NCBI GenBank assembly: GCA_963833985.1
Contig: CAWIAD010000001.1
Location: 2,976,001 to 3,040,000, forward strand
Direction of reading: 5' to 3'
Length of the DNA stretch: 64,000 nt
Source of the DNA: an uncultured Planctomycetaceae bacterium
GTDB taxonomy: Bacteria; Planctomycetota; Planctomycetia; Isosphaerales; Isosphaeraceae
Every line of letters begins with the position of its first letter. The stretch's first letter is position 1. Made by a program: the position numbers and the translations under genes. The notes below the pieces were generated by a model. It worked only from the letters and a program-made list of their open reading frames with translations. It was not told where the DNA came from and did no database searches. Below are positions 52,179 to 63,833 of the stretch, piece after piece.

Positions 52179-52602
52179 CGCGGCTCCGCTCTGCCGGGTG
52201 CCCGGCACGACCCGATTCGCCGGTGCTGCTCATCGCCAGCCCTCAGTTGCAGGCAGCCAGGTCACCGAGCGTTGTCGCCCCCTGGACGCCGGTTGTGCAA
52301 CCAACCCATATCGCGATGCATCCCTGCCCAGCGATCGCCCGAATTGCCTGCCCCGCCATACCGTCGTGGCTGGCATGACGAGAGTTCTCGCTCGCCCTGG
52401 ACCTGATCGTGCACAGCGCCAAGCTCTGCCACCTTATCTCATCATGGAAATGGGCTTACTGCCTGTCAACGGGTCGCGCGGGATCATGGTCCCGCGCGAT
52501 CCGCCGCGTGACCGCGCTGGGCCGTCCGGAGCCCTGTTACGATCGCCCGCAGGCCGCCCCGGAGGATCGGTCAGGCTGCGAACGAGCCAGGGCGCCTCGC
52601 CG

Positions 52603-52983
52603 TCAATCCAGCTCGAACGCGGCCAGCGCCTCCGGCCGGGAACCGTAGATCGGCCAGACGATGTCCAGGGAGGTGATCCGCAACAGCTCACGCGTTCGTT
52701 GCGACACGCCGGAGAGGGCCATCGATCCCCCGCGCGACAGAGCCAGTTTCCAGCACCGGATCAGCAGAGCCAGGAACATCGAACCGAAAAAGTCCACCTG
52801 GCTGAGATCAAAGAGGATCAGCGGGTTTTCCTGGCGCTCCAGCGGCTTCAGGATCAGTTCCGCCGCTTGCTCCTCGAGGCCGAAGGCCAGTCGCTCCAGC
52901 GCGGCGGTCGCGGTGATGACCGTCACCTCGCCATGGCGTTCGATGGTGAACGCATCATCGGATTGCGGTTTCCTGGTGCTCAT
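52603..52983 (-). CDS. STAS domain protein (anti-sigma factor antagonist)
   Basis: LFDLSQVDFFGSMFL, ELLRITSLD..WPIY. Confidence 0.88.
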   Translation of the reverse strand: MSTRKPQSDDAFTIERHGEVTVITATAALERLAFGLEEQAAELILKPLERQENPLILFDLSQVDFFGSMFLALLIRCWKLALSRGGSMALSGVSQRTRELLRITSLDIVWPIYGSRPEALAAFELD

Positions 52984-53182
52984 CGTTGTGCCCGGGGGTC
53001 AGAGCCGGAGATCGATCCCTCGAGAATGAGGCGACTCCGGCTTGACCTATAGGGTAGGGCGCTGGGGCCGGCTGGACAAGGTGATTACTCCCCCAGCCCC
53101 TGCCGTTACACCACCAGCCCCCCTGGGCGATGGCAGTGCGACGGCACTGCCAGGCGTCCCGGTCACCGCAAGACCACCGCAT

Positions 53183-53407
53183 TCAGGCCGAGGGACGACA
53201 GTTCGAGAACGCCCGGATCACCTCGTACAGGTCATTGCTGACCATCAGCCGCTCGTTCTCGAAATCGTGCAGCCAGACGTAGTTGTCGCGGTAGGCCTGG
53301 GCAAGTAAAGGATAAAGATCAGAAAGCTGGATCGGGATGGAGGGTACGTTTGCGTCTTCCTGTTCATCTTCGGGATATGGGAACAGGCGCAAGCGTGCGG
53401 TTGCCAT
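53183..53407 (-). CDS. Small conserved planctomycete-type hypothetical protein
   Basis: SD GGAGGAGG; LRLFP...PLLAQAYRDNYVWLHDFENE...DLYEVI..F. Confidence 0.7.
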   Translation of the reverse strand: MATARLRLFPYPEDEQEDANVPSIPIQLSDLYPLLAQAYRDNYVWLHDFENERLMVSNDLYEVIRAFSNCRPSA

Positions 53408-53844
53408 AGAATTCCTCCTCCGTGCAGGTCAGAGCGGGTCCAAGTTCGGAACGCAGTCGACGTGGATTCTGCGATCCGCCCGGGCAGGCGCAAGAAGCAT
53501 GGTGGCTTCACCGCAGCAGGCGCACTCCTTCAGGCCCATGCCCCTCATCCGGCCAGCTTCATCCATCGGCCGGCCGTCGCTCCGCCCATGAACCAATCCG
53601 CCGATCCGACGATATTGCCAGTGCTTGCATCCAAGACGCCGCCACGAGACCTGGACCCGGCCGTCAACCCCGGGGAAAACCGGGGCGACAGCCCACCTCA
53701 GATTTGCTATGGTCTGCACCGTTATCAAGCAGGGCCCGGCGCGAGGCCTGAGATCGCGGCCCGGCCTGCGATATTCGTGAGACGAGCTCGCGGATGTGAG
53801 GTTGCTGGCAAGAAGAACTCCTGGCTCATGGAGGAGCGTGGCGC

Positions 53845-54684
53845 ATGGAAGCTCACCGGGATGGTCTGGCGCACAGGCTCGGCCGCACGGCGGCCATTGC
53901 AGTGGGACTCGGAGTCGTGCCCTTCCTCTGCGGGGCATCGTTCCGCACCGCCAACTTCGTGGTCGAGGCCCCCAACCAGAACATCGCGCGGACGGTCGCC
54001 GAACACGCCGAGGCCGAGCGCCTGAGCATTGCCCGGGCCTGGCTGGGCCGCGAGCTTCCCGCCTGGAGGACGCCCTGTCCGATCCGGGTCCGGATCACTG
54101 CCGGAGAGGCCGGCGGCCTGACCTCGTTCGGCTTCAATGACGGCCGGGTATCCGACCAGAGCATGGTCGTGGAGGGCCGTCTCGACCGCATCCTGGCCTC
54201 GGCCCTGCCGCACGAGATCACCCATACCATCTTCGCCGCGTACTTCGGCGGCCCGATGCCGCGCTGGGCCGACAAGGGTGCGTCCCTGCTCAGCGAGGAC
54301 GAGCGCGAACGCCGCAGACACGACCAGATCGCCGTGGATCTGCTGGCTCGCCACGGCGAACTGGCGCTGGCGCGGCTGTTCCGGATCGAGGAGTATCCCA
54401 GGGACCTGATGTCGTTCTACGGCCAGGGTTACTCCATCTCGCGGTTCCTCATCGAGATTGGCGGCCGGCCCAGGTTCCTTCAGTTCGTCCGCGACGGCCT
54501 CAAGACCGGCTGGGATGGCGCGACGCTCGACCACTATGGTCTGGCCAACGTCCGCGAGCTGGATCGCGCATGGAGGTCGTGGCACCGCGTCACGCTGACG
54601 GCCGTCACGCAGGGGCCGGACCAGGAAGACCTTGCTTACCGCGACCAGCCCGGCAGCAACTCCGAGCCACCGCCGGAACGCTGA
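53845..54684 (+). CDS. Secreted peptidase MA-like hypothetical protein
   Basis: GASFRTANFVVEAP, LPHEITH, PRWADKG, FYGQGYS. Confidence 0.75.
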   Translation: MEAHRDGLAHRLGRTAAIAVGLGVVPFLCGASFRTANFVVEAPNQNIARTVAEHAEAERLSIARAWLGRELPAWRTPCPIRVRITAGEAGGLTSFGFNDGRVSDQSMVVEGRLDRILASALPHEITHTIFAAYFGGPMPRWADKGASLLSEDERERRRHDQIAVDLLARHGELALARLFRIEEYPRDLMSFYGQGYSISRFLIEIGGRPRFLQFVRDGLKTGWDGATLDHYGLANVRELDRAWRSWHRVTLTAVTQGPDQEDLAYRDQPGSNSEPPPER

Positions 54685-54848
54685 GCGCCGGCGGCGGGCC
54701 ATTTCTTGAGCTCGGTGCTTTCCGGGGCACAACCTGCTCACAGCACCTCTTGCCGCTTTCCCTCCGGGTGTGATCCGGATAGTCTGCTGGTATCTCCTGG
54801 AATGAATCAGTCCCCGGGATCGTTGCAACAACCGAGACGAGCTTCATC

Positions 54849-55397
54849 ATGAAACGGCGGACGTTCTGCGGCGCGGGCGCCGTGGCGGCGACCGGCATGG
54901 TCGCACCGGAAGCGGCCGGAGCGGAGGTCGCGCCGGGGCAGCACATGAGCCTGGTGATCGGCAGCGATCATGCCGGTTTCCCCATGAAGGAACCGGTGAT
55001 CGTGCTGCTGCGCGGCTGGGGCCACACGGTCCATGACGTCGGCACGTACACCGCGGCACCCGTCGACTTTCCGGATATCGCCAGAAAGGTCTGCGGCGAG
55101 ATCGCGACGGGCCGGGCCGCGCGGGGCATCATGGTTTGCGGCACGGGCGTGGGCGCGGCGATCGCCGGGAACAAGGTCCGGGGCATCCGCGCTGCGCTCT
55201 GCCACGACACCTTCTGCGCTCACCAGTGCGTGGAGCACGACAACGTCAATTTGCTCTGCATGGGGGCCTGGATCATCGGCATCAAGCTGGCCGAGGAGGT
55301 CTTGCGGGCCTACCTGAACGCCAGGTTCAGCTCGGATGAGGATTTTCGTCGCCGCGTCAAGAAGCTCGAGGGTCTCGAAGACTTCCGCCCTTCGTGA
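54849..55397 (+). CDS. rpiB: RpiB/LacAB family sugar-phosphate isomerase with RR leader
   Basis: IGSDHAGF, DFPD, CGTGVG, NKVRGIRA, EHDNVN. Confidence 0.85.
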   Translation: MKRRTFCGAGAVAATGMVAPEAAGAEVAPGQHMSLVIGSDHAGFPMKEPVIVLLRGWGHTVHDVGTYTAAPVDFPDIARKVCGEIATGRAARGIMVCGTGVGAAIAGNKVRGIRAALCHDTFCAHQCVEHDNVNLLCMGAWIIGIKLAEEVLRAYLNARFSSDEDFRRRVKKLEGLEDFRPS

Positions 55398-55408
55398 GGG
55401 GCACGAAC

Positions 55409-57261
55409 ATGGGGAATCCGCGCGCAAGATCCTGGCTCCCCGTCTTGCTGGCCGCACTGGCGTGGCCGTCCCCGTGCGCGCGGGCGCGCACGTCTGGGAG
55501 AAGCAGGAGCTGACCTTCGCCGCGGCGCGCACCTACACGAACGCCTACACCGAGGCCGTCGTCTGGGTTGAGCTCACCGGACCGCATTTCCAGAAGCGCG
55601 TTTACGGCTTCTGGGACGGCGGCCAGACATTCCGGGTGCGGCTCGCGGCGACGGAGCCGGGAAGGTGGACATGGCGGAGCGATTCAAGCCCGAAGGATGG
55701 CGGCCTGGCGGGTAAGACGGGTGAGTTCGAGGCGGTGCCCTGGAGCGAGCCCGAGAAAAAGGCGAACCCCCTGCGCAGGGGCTTTCTGCGCACGACCGCC
55801 AACCATCACGCCATGGAACACGCCGACGGGACCCCCTATTTCGCCGTGGGCGACACCTGGTGGGCGCTAGGCTCGAACCGGTTCCGCTGGTACGACGACG
55901 AGCGCGAGCGGCCCATCGGGCCAGCGGCCGGGTTCAAGGACTATGTCCGCTTCCGCAAGGCGCAAGGATTCAACTGGGTGAACATGATCGCCGCCTTCGC
56001 AAACTGGATGACCGACGCCCAGCCGTGGCACGTCGTCATGAACGGCCCGGAGCGGACCACCGTGCGCTCGGCCTGGCTCGAGTTTGGAGCCGACAGTGCC
56101 AAGAACATGGACAACGAGGGAGGCCGGCCGTTCCTCTTCCCCGGCAAGGTCCCGGGATACGAGTTCATGTTCCCGGACGTGGACCGGATCAACCCAGCCT
56201 ATTTCCGCGCCATCGATCGCAAGGTCGATTATTTGAACGAGCAGGGATTCGTCCCGTTCGTCGAGGTCGCCCGGCGCGACGCCAGCCTCTGCTGGAAGAA
56301 GTACTACGCATGGCCCGACTCGTACGCGCGGTTCATTCAGTACGTCTGGTCCCGCTACCAGGCGAACAACGCCGTGCTCAGCCCGATTCATCTGGACACG
56401 CTCAGCGAGTCGGTCCGCCCGGCCGATTACCTCGCCGCGATCCGTACCGTCCTGGACCACTTCGGCCCGCCTCCTTTCGGCACGCTGCTCTCGGCCAACT
56501 CGAACCCGTCCACGCTGGAGAACTGGGGCGACAATTCGTGGGTGACGCTGCACCAGACGGGGAACATGCGCGAACACAACAACTACTGGTACCTGGCCGA
56601 GATCTTCCGTTCGCCCCGCCCGCAGCCCGCGCTGAACGGCGAGCCGTATTACTCGGGATACGTCGACGCACGCTCCGTCGGCTACAAGCACGGCGCACCG
56701 GGAGGGACCGAGAAAGACGCCCGGTTCGTGCGTTCGGCAATGTACGGCTCGTTCCTCTCTGGAGGCCTCGCCGGGCATGTCTACGGGGCCGAAGGAATCT
56801 GGGGAGGAGACATAGAGGACCAGGCCCCCGTGAAGATGTGGGACGCCTTCCGGTGGGTCTCCGCCGAACAGATGCGCCACCTGCGCAGCTTCGCGTTCTC
56901 GATCGGCAGACGATACCAGGAGCTGGTCCCCGATGCTGACCTGGTCTCCCCGAACAGGACGCCCGTCTTGCAGTCGTATGAAGGCTGGGCCTACGCCGCC
57001 CGGACGCCGGACAGGGAGATTTTCATGCTCTATTTCGAGCAGGGCTGTCCGCGCAGCGAGGTCCGAAGTGCCATCCCCGATCGCACCTACCGCGCGGAAT
57101 GGCTCGACCCCCGCACCGGGACCTGGCAAAACGCCGGCAGCGGAACGGCGAAGGCCAGCGCGATCGGGACCATCAAGCTGCCCGCTTGCCCGGATGCTCA
57201 GGACTGGGGCCTGCGGCTCATGGTACTTCCGGCCCGGCCTGAACAAGGAGGCTCGAGCTGA
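55409..57261 (+). CDS. DUF5060 + DUF4038 (apiosidase/GH140-like) secreted protein; apparent frameshift near 55485
   Basis: Signal MGNPRARSWLPVLLAALAWP..; GFWDGG.TFRVR, DGTPYF..GDTWW, RKAQGFN, NPAYF..DR, NGEPYY, GHVYGA. Confidence 0.78.
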
Positions 57262-57303
57262 ATCACATCTTGAAGTGGTAGTCTCCGGTCGACTCCGCGA
57301 GGC

Positions 57304-57921
57304 TCACCGCGTCTCGTAAGGGAGGACGTCCGCGACGGCAACGCATCCGGCCTCGGCATTGTCGATGCTGAGCAAAACCAGGTCCGAAGCGGTATGGACC
57401 GCCCGGCGAGCGTAACCTCCCGCGTCCCGGTCAGGCTCGGAATACGCCTCGATCTGGTTGTCGACGAGGTTCAAGATCCAGTAGACCGGAACACCGCCGC
57501 GGCCGTAGGCCGCCAGTTTATCACCGCGGTCCCTGGCCAGGCTCGTGTCAGCCACTTCAACGACCAGGGCGACGTCATCGGGGCCGGGATGCCTGCGAGC
57601 GTAATGACCTCTCGACCCCCGAACGACCACGATGTCCGGCTCCGGCTCATCGTATTCGGAGACGCGCAGGGGGTTCTGTTCGCGGATGTACCAGCCCTCG
57701 GGCAAGAGGGCCTCAAGTGCCCCCGCAACGAGCTCGCACGCACTGACATGTCGCGGCTTCTTGACCATCTTTTTGACCAGCAATCCGTTGATCAGCTCGA
57801 TCTGCGGAACTTCGGGCGTATCTGACCCGGCCATGCGCTCATACTCATCCACCGTGATGCGGTGCAGATCGCCGAGCGTGATTGCCTGGAAACCGTGAAC
57901 CGTCGTCGAAGCCGCGGCCAT
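57304..57921 (-). CDS. Uma2 family endonuclease
   Basis: HRITVDEYERM, IELING, EPEPD, LVVEVADTSL..DR..K...Y...GVP.YWILNL. Confidence 0.92.
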   Translation of the reverse strand: MAAASTTVHGFQAITLGDLHRITVDEYERMAGSDTPEVPQIELINGLLVKKMVKKPRHVSACELVAGALEALLPEGWYIREQNPLRVSEYDEPEPDIVVVRGSRGHYARRHPGPDDVALVVEVADTSLARDRGDKLAAYGRGGVPVYWILNLVDNQIEAYSEPDRDAGGYARRAVHTASDLVLLSIDNAEAGCVAVADVLPYETR

Positions 57922-57934
57922 GGTCGATTCCTCA

Positions 57935-59569
57935 TCAAGAAACTACCGGCAACTGCATGAAGAAGTCGTTCCCCTTGTCATCGACCAGGATGAATGCGGG
58001 GAAGTCGACGACCTCGATCTTGTAGACGGCTTCCATGCCCAGCTCGGGATATTCCAGCAGCTCTACCTTCTTGATGTTCTCCTGGGCCAGGATCGCGGCC
58101 GGGCCGCCGATCGAGCCGAGGTAGAACCCGCCGTGCTTCTTGCAGGCGTCGGTCACCTGCTTCGAGCGGTTCCCCTTGGCGATCATGATCCTGGACCCGC
58201 CGTGCGCCTGGAACAGGTCGACGTAGCTGTCCATGCGCCCTGCCGTGGTGGGGCCGAACGAGCCGGAGGGCAGGCCCTCGGGAGTCTTGGCCGGGCCCGC
58301 GTAGTACACGGGATGCTTCTTGAGATAGTCCGGCATTCCTTCCCCGCGGTCGATCCGCTCCTTGATCCGGGCGTGCGCGATATCGCGCGCCACGACGATG
58401 GTCCCCGTGAGCTTGAGCGGCGTCGAGGTCGGGTACTTCGAAAGCTCCGCCAGGACCTCGTCCATCGGGCGGTTGAGGTCGATGTCCACGCCGTGCTGGT
58501 GGCCCGGGCCAGTGCGATACTCGGCCGGAATGAATCGGGCCGGTTCGCGCTCGAGGGCTTCCAGCCAGAGGCCGTCGCGATCGATCCGGGCCTTGATGTT
58601 GCGGTCTGCCGAGCAGGAGACGCCCAGACCCACCGGGCAGCTCGCGCCGTGGCGCGGCAGGCGGACCACCCGGGCATCGAGCGCGAAGTACTTGCCGCCG
58701 AACTGGGCGCCGATGCCGCTCTTGCGGGCCAGCTCCATCACCTTGTCCTCGAGCGCCAGGTCGCGGAAGGCCTGGCCCAGGCGGTTCCCCTCGGTGGGCA
58801 GCGTGTCCAGATAACCCGCGCTGGCCAGCTTGACCGTCTTCATCGTCGCCTCGGCCGAGGTCCCGCCAATCACCACTGCAAGGTGGTAAGGCGGGCATGC
58901 GGCCGTGCCCAGCGAGCGCAGCTTCTCCTGCAAGAACTTCTCCAGGTTGGCCGGGTTCAGAAGCGCCTTGGTTTCCTGGAAGAGCATCGACTTGTTGGCC
59001 GACCCGCCACCCTTGGCCACGAAGAGGAACTCATAGCTCCCGCCCGGTGTGGCGAAGATGTCGATCTGGGCCGGCAGGTTGGTGCCCGAGTTGATCTCCT
59101 CGTACATCGAGACAGGGATGGTCTGCGAATAGCGGAGGTTCTCTTTCTGATAGGTCTCGAAGATGCCCCGCGACAGCCACTCCTCATCCTTGATGCCGCC
59201 GGTCCAGACTCGCTGTCCTTTCTTGGCGATGACGGTCGCCGTGCCCGTGTCCTGGCACATGGGGAGCTGGAAGCCAGAGGCCACCGCGGCATTGCGCAGG
59301 AGTGCCAGGGCGACGCCGCGGTCGTTCTGCGATGCCTCCGGGTCTTTCAGGATCGCCGCAACCTTGGCAAGGTGCGCCGGGCGGTACAGGAAGGACACGT
59401 CGCGCAAGGCCTCACGCGCCACCAGCGCAAGTGCCTCGGGCTTGACCTTGACGATCTCCTGCCCCTCGAACATGGCGATCGAGACAAGATCACTCGGCGC
59501 TTCCAGGCGGCGGTACGTGGTCGACTCGGGTCCCAGGGGAAACGGGGGCTGATAGGCGAACTCGGGCAT
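57935..59569 (-). CDS. fumA: Class I fumarate hydratase
   Basis: [47 protein letters not shown]. Confidence 0.95.
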   Translation of the reverse strand: MPEFAYQPPFPLGPESTTYRRLEAPSDLVSIAMFEGQEIVKVKPEALALVAREALRDVSFLYRPAHLAKVAAILKDPEASQNDRGVALALLRNAAVASGFQLPMCQDTGTATVIAKKGQRVWTGGIKDEEWLSRGIFETYQKENLRYSQTIPVSMYEEINSGTNLPAQIDIFATPGGSYEFLFVAKGGGSANKSMLFQETKALLNPANLEKFLQEKLRSLGTAACPPYHLAVVIGGTSAEATMKTVKLASAGYLDTLPTEGNRLGQAFRDLALEDKVMELARKSGIGAQFGGKYFALDARVVRLPRHGASCPVGLGVSCSADRNIKARIDRDGLWLEALEREPARFIPAEYRTGPGHQHGVDIDLNRPMDEVLAELSKYPTSTPLKLTGTIVVARDIAHARIKERIDRGEGMPDYLKKHPVYYAGPAKTPEGLPSGSFGPTTAGRMDSYVDLFQAHGGSRIMIAKGNRSKQVTDACKKHGGFYLGSIGGPAAILAQENIKKVELLEYPELGMEAVYKIEVVDFPAFILVDDKGNDFFMQLPVVS

Positions 59570-59759
59570 CGTTGGCTCCTATCCAGGCATGCCCGGCGGA
59601 GCGTCTCGTCCGCCGGCGTCGTGCAGTTGTGGGAGCCTTATTGTAACACGATTTGAGCCCAGAAGGCTGGACGGAGATAGGTGAGAGCGGGCTTGAGCGG
59701 CGACAGGAGCAGCCTGCATCCGGGAACGCCGCTCGCTCTCTCAACAGCGCCGTGGCTGG

Positions 59760-60428
59760 CTAGCCTTCCAGCTCCAGTGTGGCCCACATGCTGGGGTTCT
59801 CGCCGATCGGGAAATCGCGGCCAACGCCCAGGAACTGGTCCTCGCGCTCGTGGTCGGTCACCTGGTAGGCAAAGCCGAGCCGGCGGTTGGTATCGGGGTC
59901 GAATCCGTGCAGCGCGGCCGCGGGCAGGAAGATTTCCAGCCGCCAGCCAGACCGGCTGAGCTCCGCGCGCGATGAGAGGACCTCCGGCGAGCACAGCGGC
60001 GCGTCGGCGAGCGCCCGGGCGATGGCCCGCTGGCCAAGCTCCACGTTCAGGCTCTTGCGATCTCGGCCCAGTTTCAGGCGGGCCGAGAAGCGATGGCAAA
60101 ACCGCGTGGCACGGCTCACGTTGCGCGTGTCGCGCGTGTCGATCCAGAGGTTCACGTCGGCGAAACCCTCGGGCCGATCCCCACCCTGCGCCGGACGGCT
60201 GGCCGACCCATCGGCGTGGATGGAGATACCAAGCCCCCCGGGGTTCCAGCCCGCGCGTACCGACGCCCAGGACGCGCGGTAGTCCAGCGCCGCGAGGTCC
60301 GGCAGCGTGCAGCTCGCAGGCAGGTCGAGCAACCCTGCGGACGCGGAACACCGCGGTAGCTCCGCAACACGAGGACACCCGGCACTCAGCCGGAACCAGA
60401 ACGCCTGGGGCAGCAAGACCTTGGACAT
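59760..60428 (-). CDS. Conserved hypothetical protein (DOMON/CBM9-like)
   Basis: GWNPGGL, WIDTRDTR...RATRFCH, L.GFDP, ENPS.W.TLEL. Confidence 0.7.
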   Translation of the reverse strand: MSKVLLPQAFWFRLSAGCPRVAELPRCSASAGLLDLPASCTLPDLAALDYRASWASVRAGWNPGGLGISIHADGSASRPAQGGDRPEGFADVNLWIDTRDTRNVSRATRFCHRFSARLKLGRDRKSLNVELGQRAIARALADAPLCSPEVLSSRAELSRSGWRLEIFLPAAALHGFDPDTNRRLGFAYQVTDHEREDQFLGVGRDFPIGENPSMWATLELEG

Positions 60429-60474
60429 CGCGCAGCTCCCGGACCGCACTTCACGCCACCCAGACAGCGCCCGC

Positions 60475-60801
60475 TCACTCGAACGTGGAATCCACGAAGG
60501 GCTTTGGCTTGGAAAAGGAGATCGGCCTTGTCAACCCGCCCAGGATCGCGCTGGCACCCAGTCCCACCAGCAGAAATGCCAGGCTGTATCGGGAGAGGAC
60601 CCAGACGCCGAGGAACGCGAGCCAGAACCCGGCCGCCACGCCAACCCAGAATCGGTCCTCGAGCCAGCCTTTCGCAAGGCTGCTGAGGGCGACGACGAAG
60701 AGGATGCCGGGCCACCAGAACCCTGTGGCGAACAGGACGCCCAGGCCGATCAGCCAGATTCCCATGATCACGCTGCGTCGCTGGGAACAACCTGATTGCA
60801 T
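60475..60801 (-). CDS. Small membrane protein
   Basis: [11 protein letters not shown]...WWPGIL, 3-4 TMs. Confidence 0.7.
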   Translation of the reverse strand: MQSGCSQRRSVIMGIWLIGLGVLFATGFWWPGILFVVALSSLAKGWLEDRFWVGVAAGFWLAFLGVWVLSRYSLAFLLVGLGASAILGGLTRPISFSKPKPFVDSTFE

Positions 60802-61017
60802 GCTATTTACTCCATCTCAACCAGGACGCGAGCAACGGCTTTCACACCGTTCGTCCCTGGGGGCATTTCGCCGCCAGCATGCCATTATTGTGCTGCCAAG
60901 TCAGGGGGAATCCTGTGCGGCCTGCCCGCCTTCCAGCCCGCCCGCTCGTCTGGCCCCGGTGGCCCGGGCGGATGCACCGAGTCGTGGCCACGGTGGGAGC
61001 TTGCCGGCCGGAGGCGT

Positions 61018-61485
61018 TCAGAGTTCCAGCATCCTCAGCAGGTTGACCATCTCGATGGCTGCCAGGGCGGCATCGGCGCCCTTGTTGCCCGATTTGAGCC
61101 CTGCCCGGTTGAGCGCCTGCTCGACGGTCTCGGTGGTGAGGATGCCGAAGATGACCGGGACCCCGGCGGCCTGGGCGGCGTTCATGACGCCCGCGGCCGC
61201 CTGGCCGGCGACGTGGTCGTAATGGCCGGTTTCACCCCGGATCACGCAGCCGAGGCAGATGACGGCGGCGTAGCGCTGGCTTTCGGCGAGCTTCCGGGCC
61301 ACCAGAGGGATCTCGAACGAGCCGGGCACCCAGACGAGGTCCACCCGGTCCCCGGCCACGCCGTGCCGCGAGAGCGTATCGAGACAGCTTGCGCAGAGTG
61401 CCTCGGTGACCAGGGAGTTGAACCGTGCGGCCACGATCGCGAACCGGCCCGGGGGCGTGGAGAAATCTCCTTCGAACTTCGCCAT
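61018..61485 (-). CDS. ribH: 6,7-dimethyl-8-ribityllumazine synthase
   Basis: [32 protein letters not shown]. Confidence 0.97.
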   Translation of the reverse strand: MAKFEGDFSTPPGRFAIVAARFNSLVTEALCASCLDTLSRHGVAGDRVDLVWVPGSFEIPLVARKLAESQRYAAVICLGCVIRGETGHYDHVAGQAAAGVMNAAQAAGVPVIFGILTTETVEQALNRAGLKSGNKGADAALAAIEMVNLLRMLEL

Positions 61486-61586
61486 CAGTCGTTCGGGCCG
61501 GGCTCATGGAGGTGGGCCGGTGATGCGCCAGCGCAGGACTCGATGGCTCGTCACGCAACCCGCCCCCCGCGGCCCACTCCCGTTTC

Positions 61587-63491
61587 TCAGGTCAGGTTCA
61601 TTGCCATCAGGAATTCGGCATTGGTCTTGGACTTCTTCATGCGGCCGGTGAGCAGCTCCATGGCCTCCACCGAGTTCATGTCGTTGAGCACGCGGCGGAG
61701 GATCCAGACGCGCCGCAACTCCTCGGCGTCCATGAGCAGTTCCTCGCGGCGTGTGCCGGACTTGTTCACGTCGATGGCCGGCCAGACGCGCTTCTCGACG
61801 AGGCGCCGGTCAAGGTGCAGCTCCATGTTGCCGGTGCCCTTGAACTCCTCGAAGATCACGTCGTCCATGCGGCTGCCGGTATCGACCAGGGCGGTCGCCA
61901 GGATGGTCAGCGAGCCGGCTTCCTCGATCTTGCGGGCCGCGCCGAAGAACCGCTTGGGCTTCTGCAAGGCCGAGGCGTCGATGCCGCCGGTGAGGATCTT
62001 GCCGGAGTGCGGGGCCTCGGTGTTGTAGGCTCGGGCCAGCCGCGTGATCGAGTCCAGCAGGATGACCACGTCCTTGCCGTACTCGACCATCCGCTTGGCC
62101 TTCTCGATGACCATCTCGGCCACCTGGATGTGCCGGGAGGCCGGCTCGTCGAAGGTGGAGCTGATCACCTCGGCGGTCGGGCCCTTCACCGAGCGCTCCA
62201 TGTCGGTGACTTCCTCCGGCCGTTCGTCGATCAGCAGGACCATGACGTAGGCGTCGGGATGGTTCGCCAGCACGCTGTTGGCGATCTTTTGAAGCAGGAT
62301 CGTCTTGCCGGTGCGGGGAGGGGCCACGATCAGCCCGCGCTGGCCGAAGCCGATGGGCGTGACCAGGTCGACCACGCGCATGTTGATCTCGTCGTTACCG
62401 TTCTCGAGCCGGATGCGGCCCTGGGGGTGCAGCGGAGTGAGGTCGTCGAAGCAGACCTTCTCGCTCAGCTTGTCTGGGTCTTCGAAGTTGATGGCCTCGA
62501 CGCGCAGCAAGGCGAAGTAGCGCTCGTTCTCCTTGGGGGGCCGGATCTGGCCGGAGACGATGGCCCCGGTCTTCAGTCCGAACCGGCGGATCTGGCTGGG
62601 CGAGACGTAAATGTCGTCGGGACAGGGGAGGTAGTTGTAGTCCGGGCTGCGCAGGAAGCCGAAGCCGTCGGGCAGGACCTCGAGCGTCCCCTCGCCGTAC
62701 ATCAGGCCGTTCTGCTTGACCCGTTCCTTGAGGATCTTGAAGATCAGGTCTTGCTTCTTCAAACCCATGTAGTCGGTGATGCCCTCGGTCTTGGCCGTGC
62801 GGATGAGCTGAGGCATCGTCATCTTCTGAAGCTCGGTGAGATGGATCTCGCCGCGCTTGATGTCCTCGTAGCGGTCGTGAATGGCCGCGTCGCCGAAGAT
62901 GTCCTCGTCCTCGATGTCCGGAAAGCCCTCGGCGGGAAACTCCTGCTGGGTGAAGGGTGCAGGCGCCGGGCGTTCGGGGCGGGCTGGCGGGGTGTAGTCG
63001 CGATCGCGGTTGTTGAAAGACGCATCCCGGTCATAGCGCTCGCGGTGGTTGGCCGGTGCATCGAACTCACGGTTGCGGTCGCGGATCACCGGGGCGCCCT
63101 CACGGTCGCGATCGCGCTCGCGGCTGACGGGCAGCCCTTCATGGTGGGCCGTGCCGCCGTCGCGTTCGGCGCGGTCGCGCGCCAGCCGCTCGCGGATGGA
63201 CATGCCGGGCTCGCGATCGGTCCGTTCCCGGATCGGCTCGCGCTCGCGGACGAAGCGGATCGGCTCGCGGTCGGCCGGGCCTTCCTCGCGGTAAGTCTCG
63301 CGGGCGGGCCGCTCGCGGTAGGTCTGCTCCGCGGCAGGCGGCGGCGCGTCGGCGGGGCCGCTGTGCCCTGGGGGCGGAGCCTGGGACGAACCGGCATTGT
63401 CATCGGAGACGGGCGGCGAGGTGGGCGAGGACGACTTGCGAAGGCGGGAGGTTCCGGAATTCTCCCGGCGGGGACGGGTCTCGTTCGGCAT
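61587..63491 (-). CDS. rho: Transcription termination factor Rho with long N-terminal extension
   Basis: [57 protein letters not shown]. Confidence 0.98.
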   Translation of the reverse strand: MPNETRPRRENSGTSRLRKSSSPTSPPVSDDNAGSSQAPPPGHSGPADAPPPAAEQTYRERPARETYREEGPADREPIRFVREREPIRERTDREPGMSIRERLARDRAERDGGTAHHEGLPVSRERDRDREGAPVIRDRNREFDAPANHRERYDRDASFNNRDRDYTPPARPERPAPAPFTQQEFPAEGFPDIEDEDIFGDAAIHDRYEDIKRGEIHLTELQKMTMPQLIRTAKTEGITDYMGLKKQDLIFKILKERVKQNGLMYGEGTLEVLPDGFGFLRSPDYNYLPCPDDIYVSPSQIRRFGLKTGAIVSGQIRPPKENERYFALLRVEAINFEDPDKLSEKVCFDDLTPLHPQGRIRLENGNDEINMRVVDLVTPIGFGQRGLIVAPPRTGKTILLQKIANSVLANHPDAYVMVLLIDERPEEVTDMERSVKGPTAEVISSTFDEPASRHIQVAEMVIEKAKRMVEYGKDVVILLDSITRLARAYNTEAPHSGKILTGGIDASALQKPKRFFGAARKIEEAGSLTILATALVDTGSRMDDVIFEEFKGTGNMELHLDRRLVEKRVWPAIDVNKSGTRREELLMDAEELRRVWILRRVLNDMNSVEAMELLTGRMKKSKTNAEFLMAMNLT

Positions 63492-63833
63492 GATGCTCCA
63501 TTCTCCTGTTCAAACGAAATCTGTGATTCTGTCGAGCCGGGAGATCAAGACGGGGCTCGATGCGGGGCGAAGCCTTCCTGAAAGACCTGGACCGTATCGC
63601 GGACGGGATTGGCCGTTCATGGCCGGAAAGCTGGGCCACCGCGCGGACTTGGATGAAAAACGGAAAAAAAACGTTGAGCCAGGGTCGTTCATCTTCAGGT
63701 CGGAAACAAGAATGACCATTCCAGAAGAGCGCCGCCCGATCAGCGTCTCTTCAGTGTAGGCGAGCGGGCAATCACGTCATCGCATGACATCGGGCAATTC
63801 GCTCGGAGCGGGAACGGCGTGGCCGGCATGGGC

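Noticed and set aside
57262..57934. Duplication flanking the Uma2 gene like the TA cassettes
   Set aside because: No direct repeat seen on the two sides
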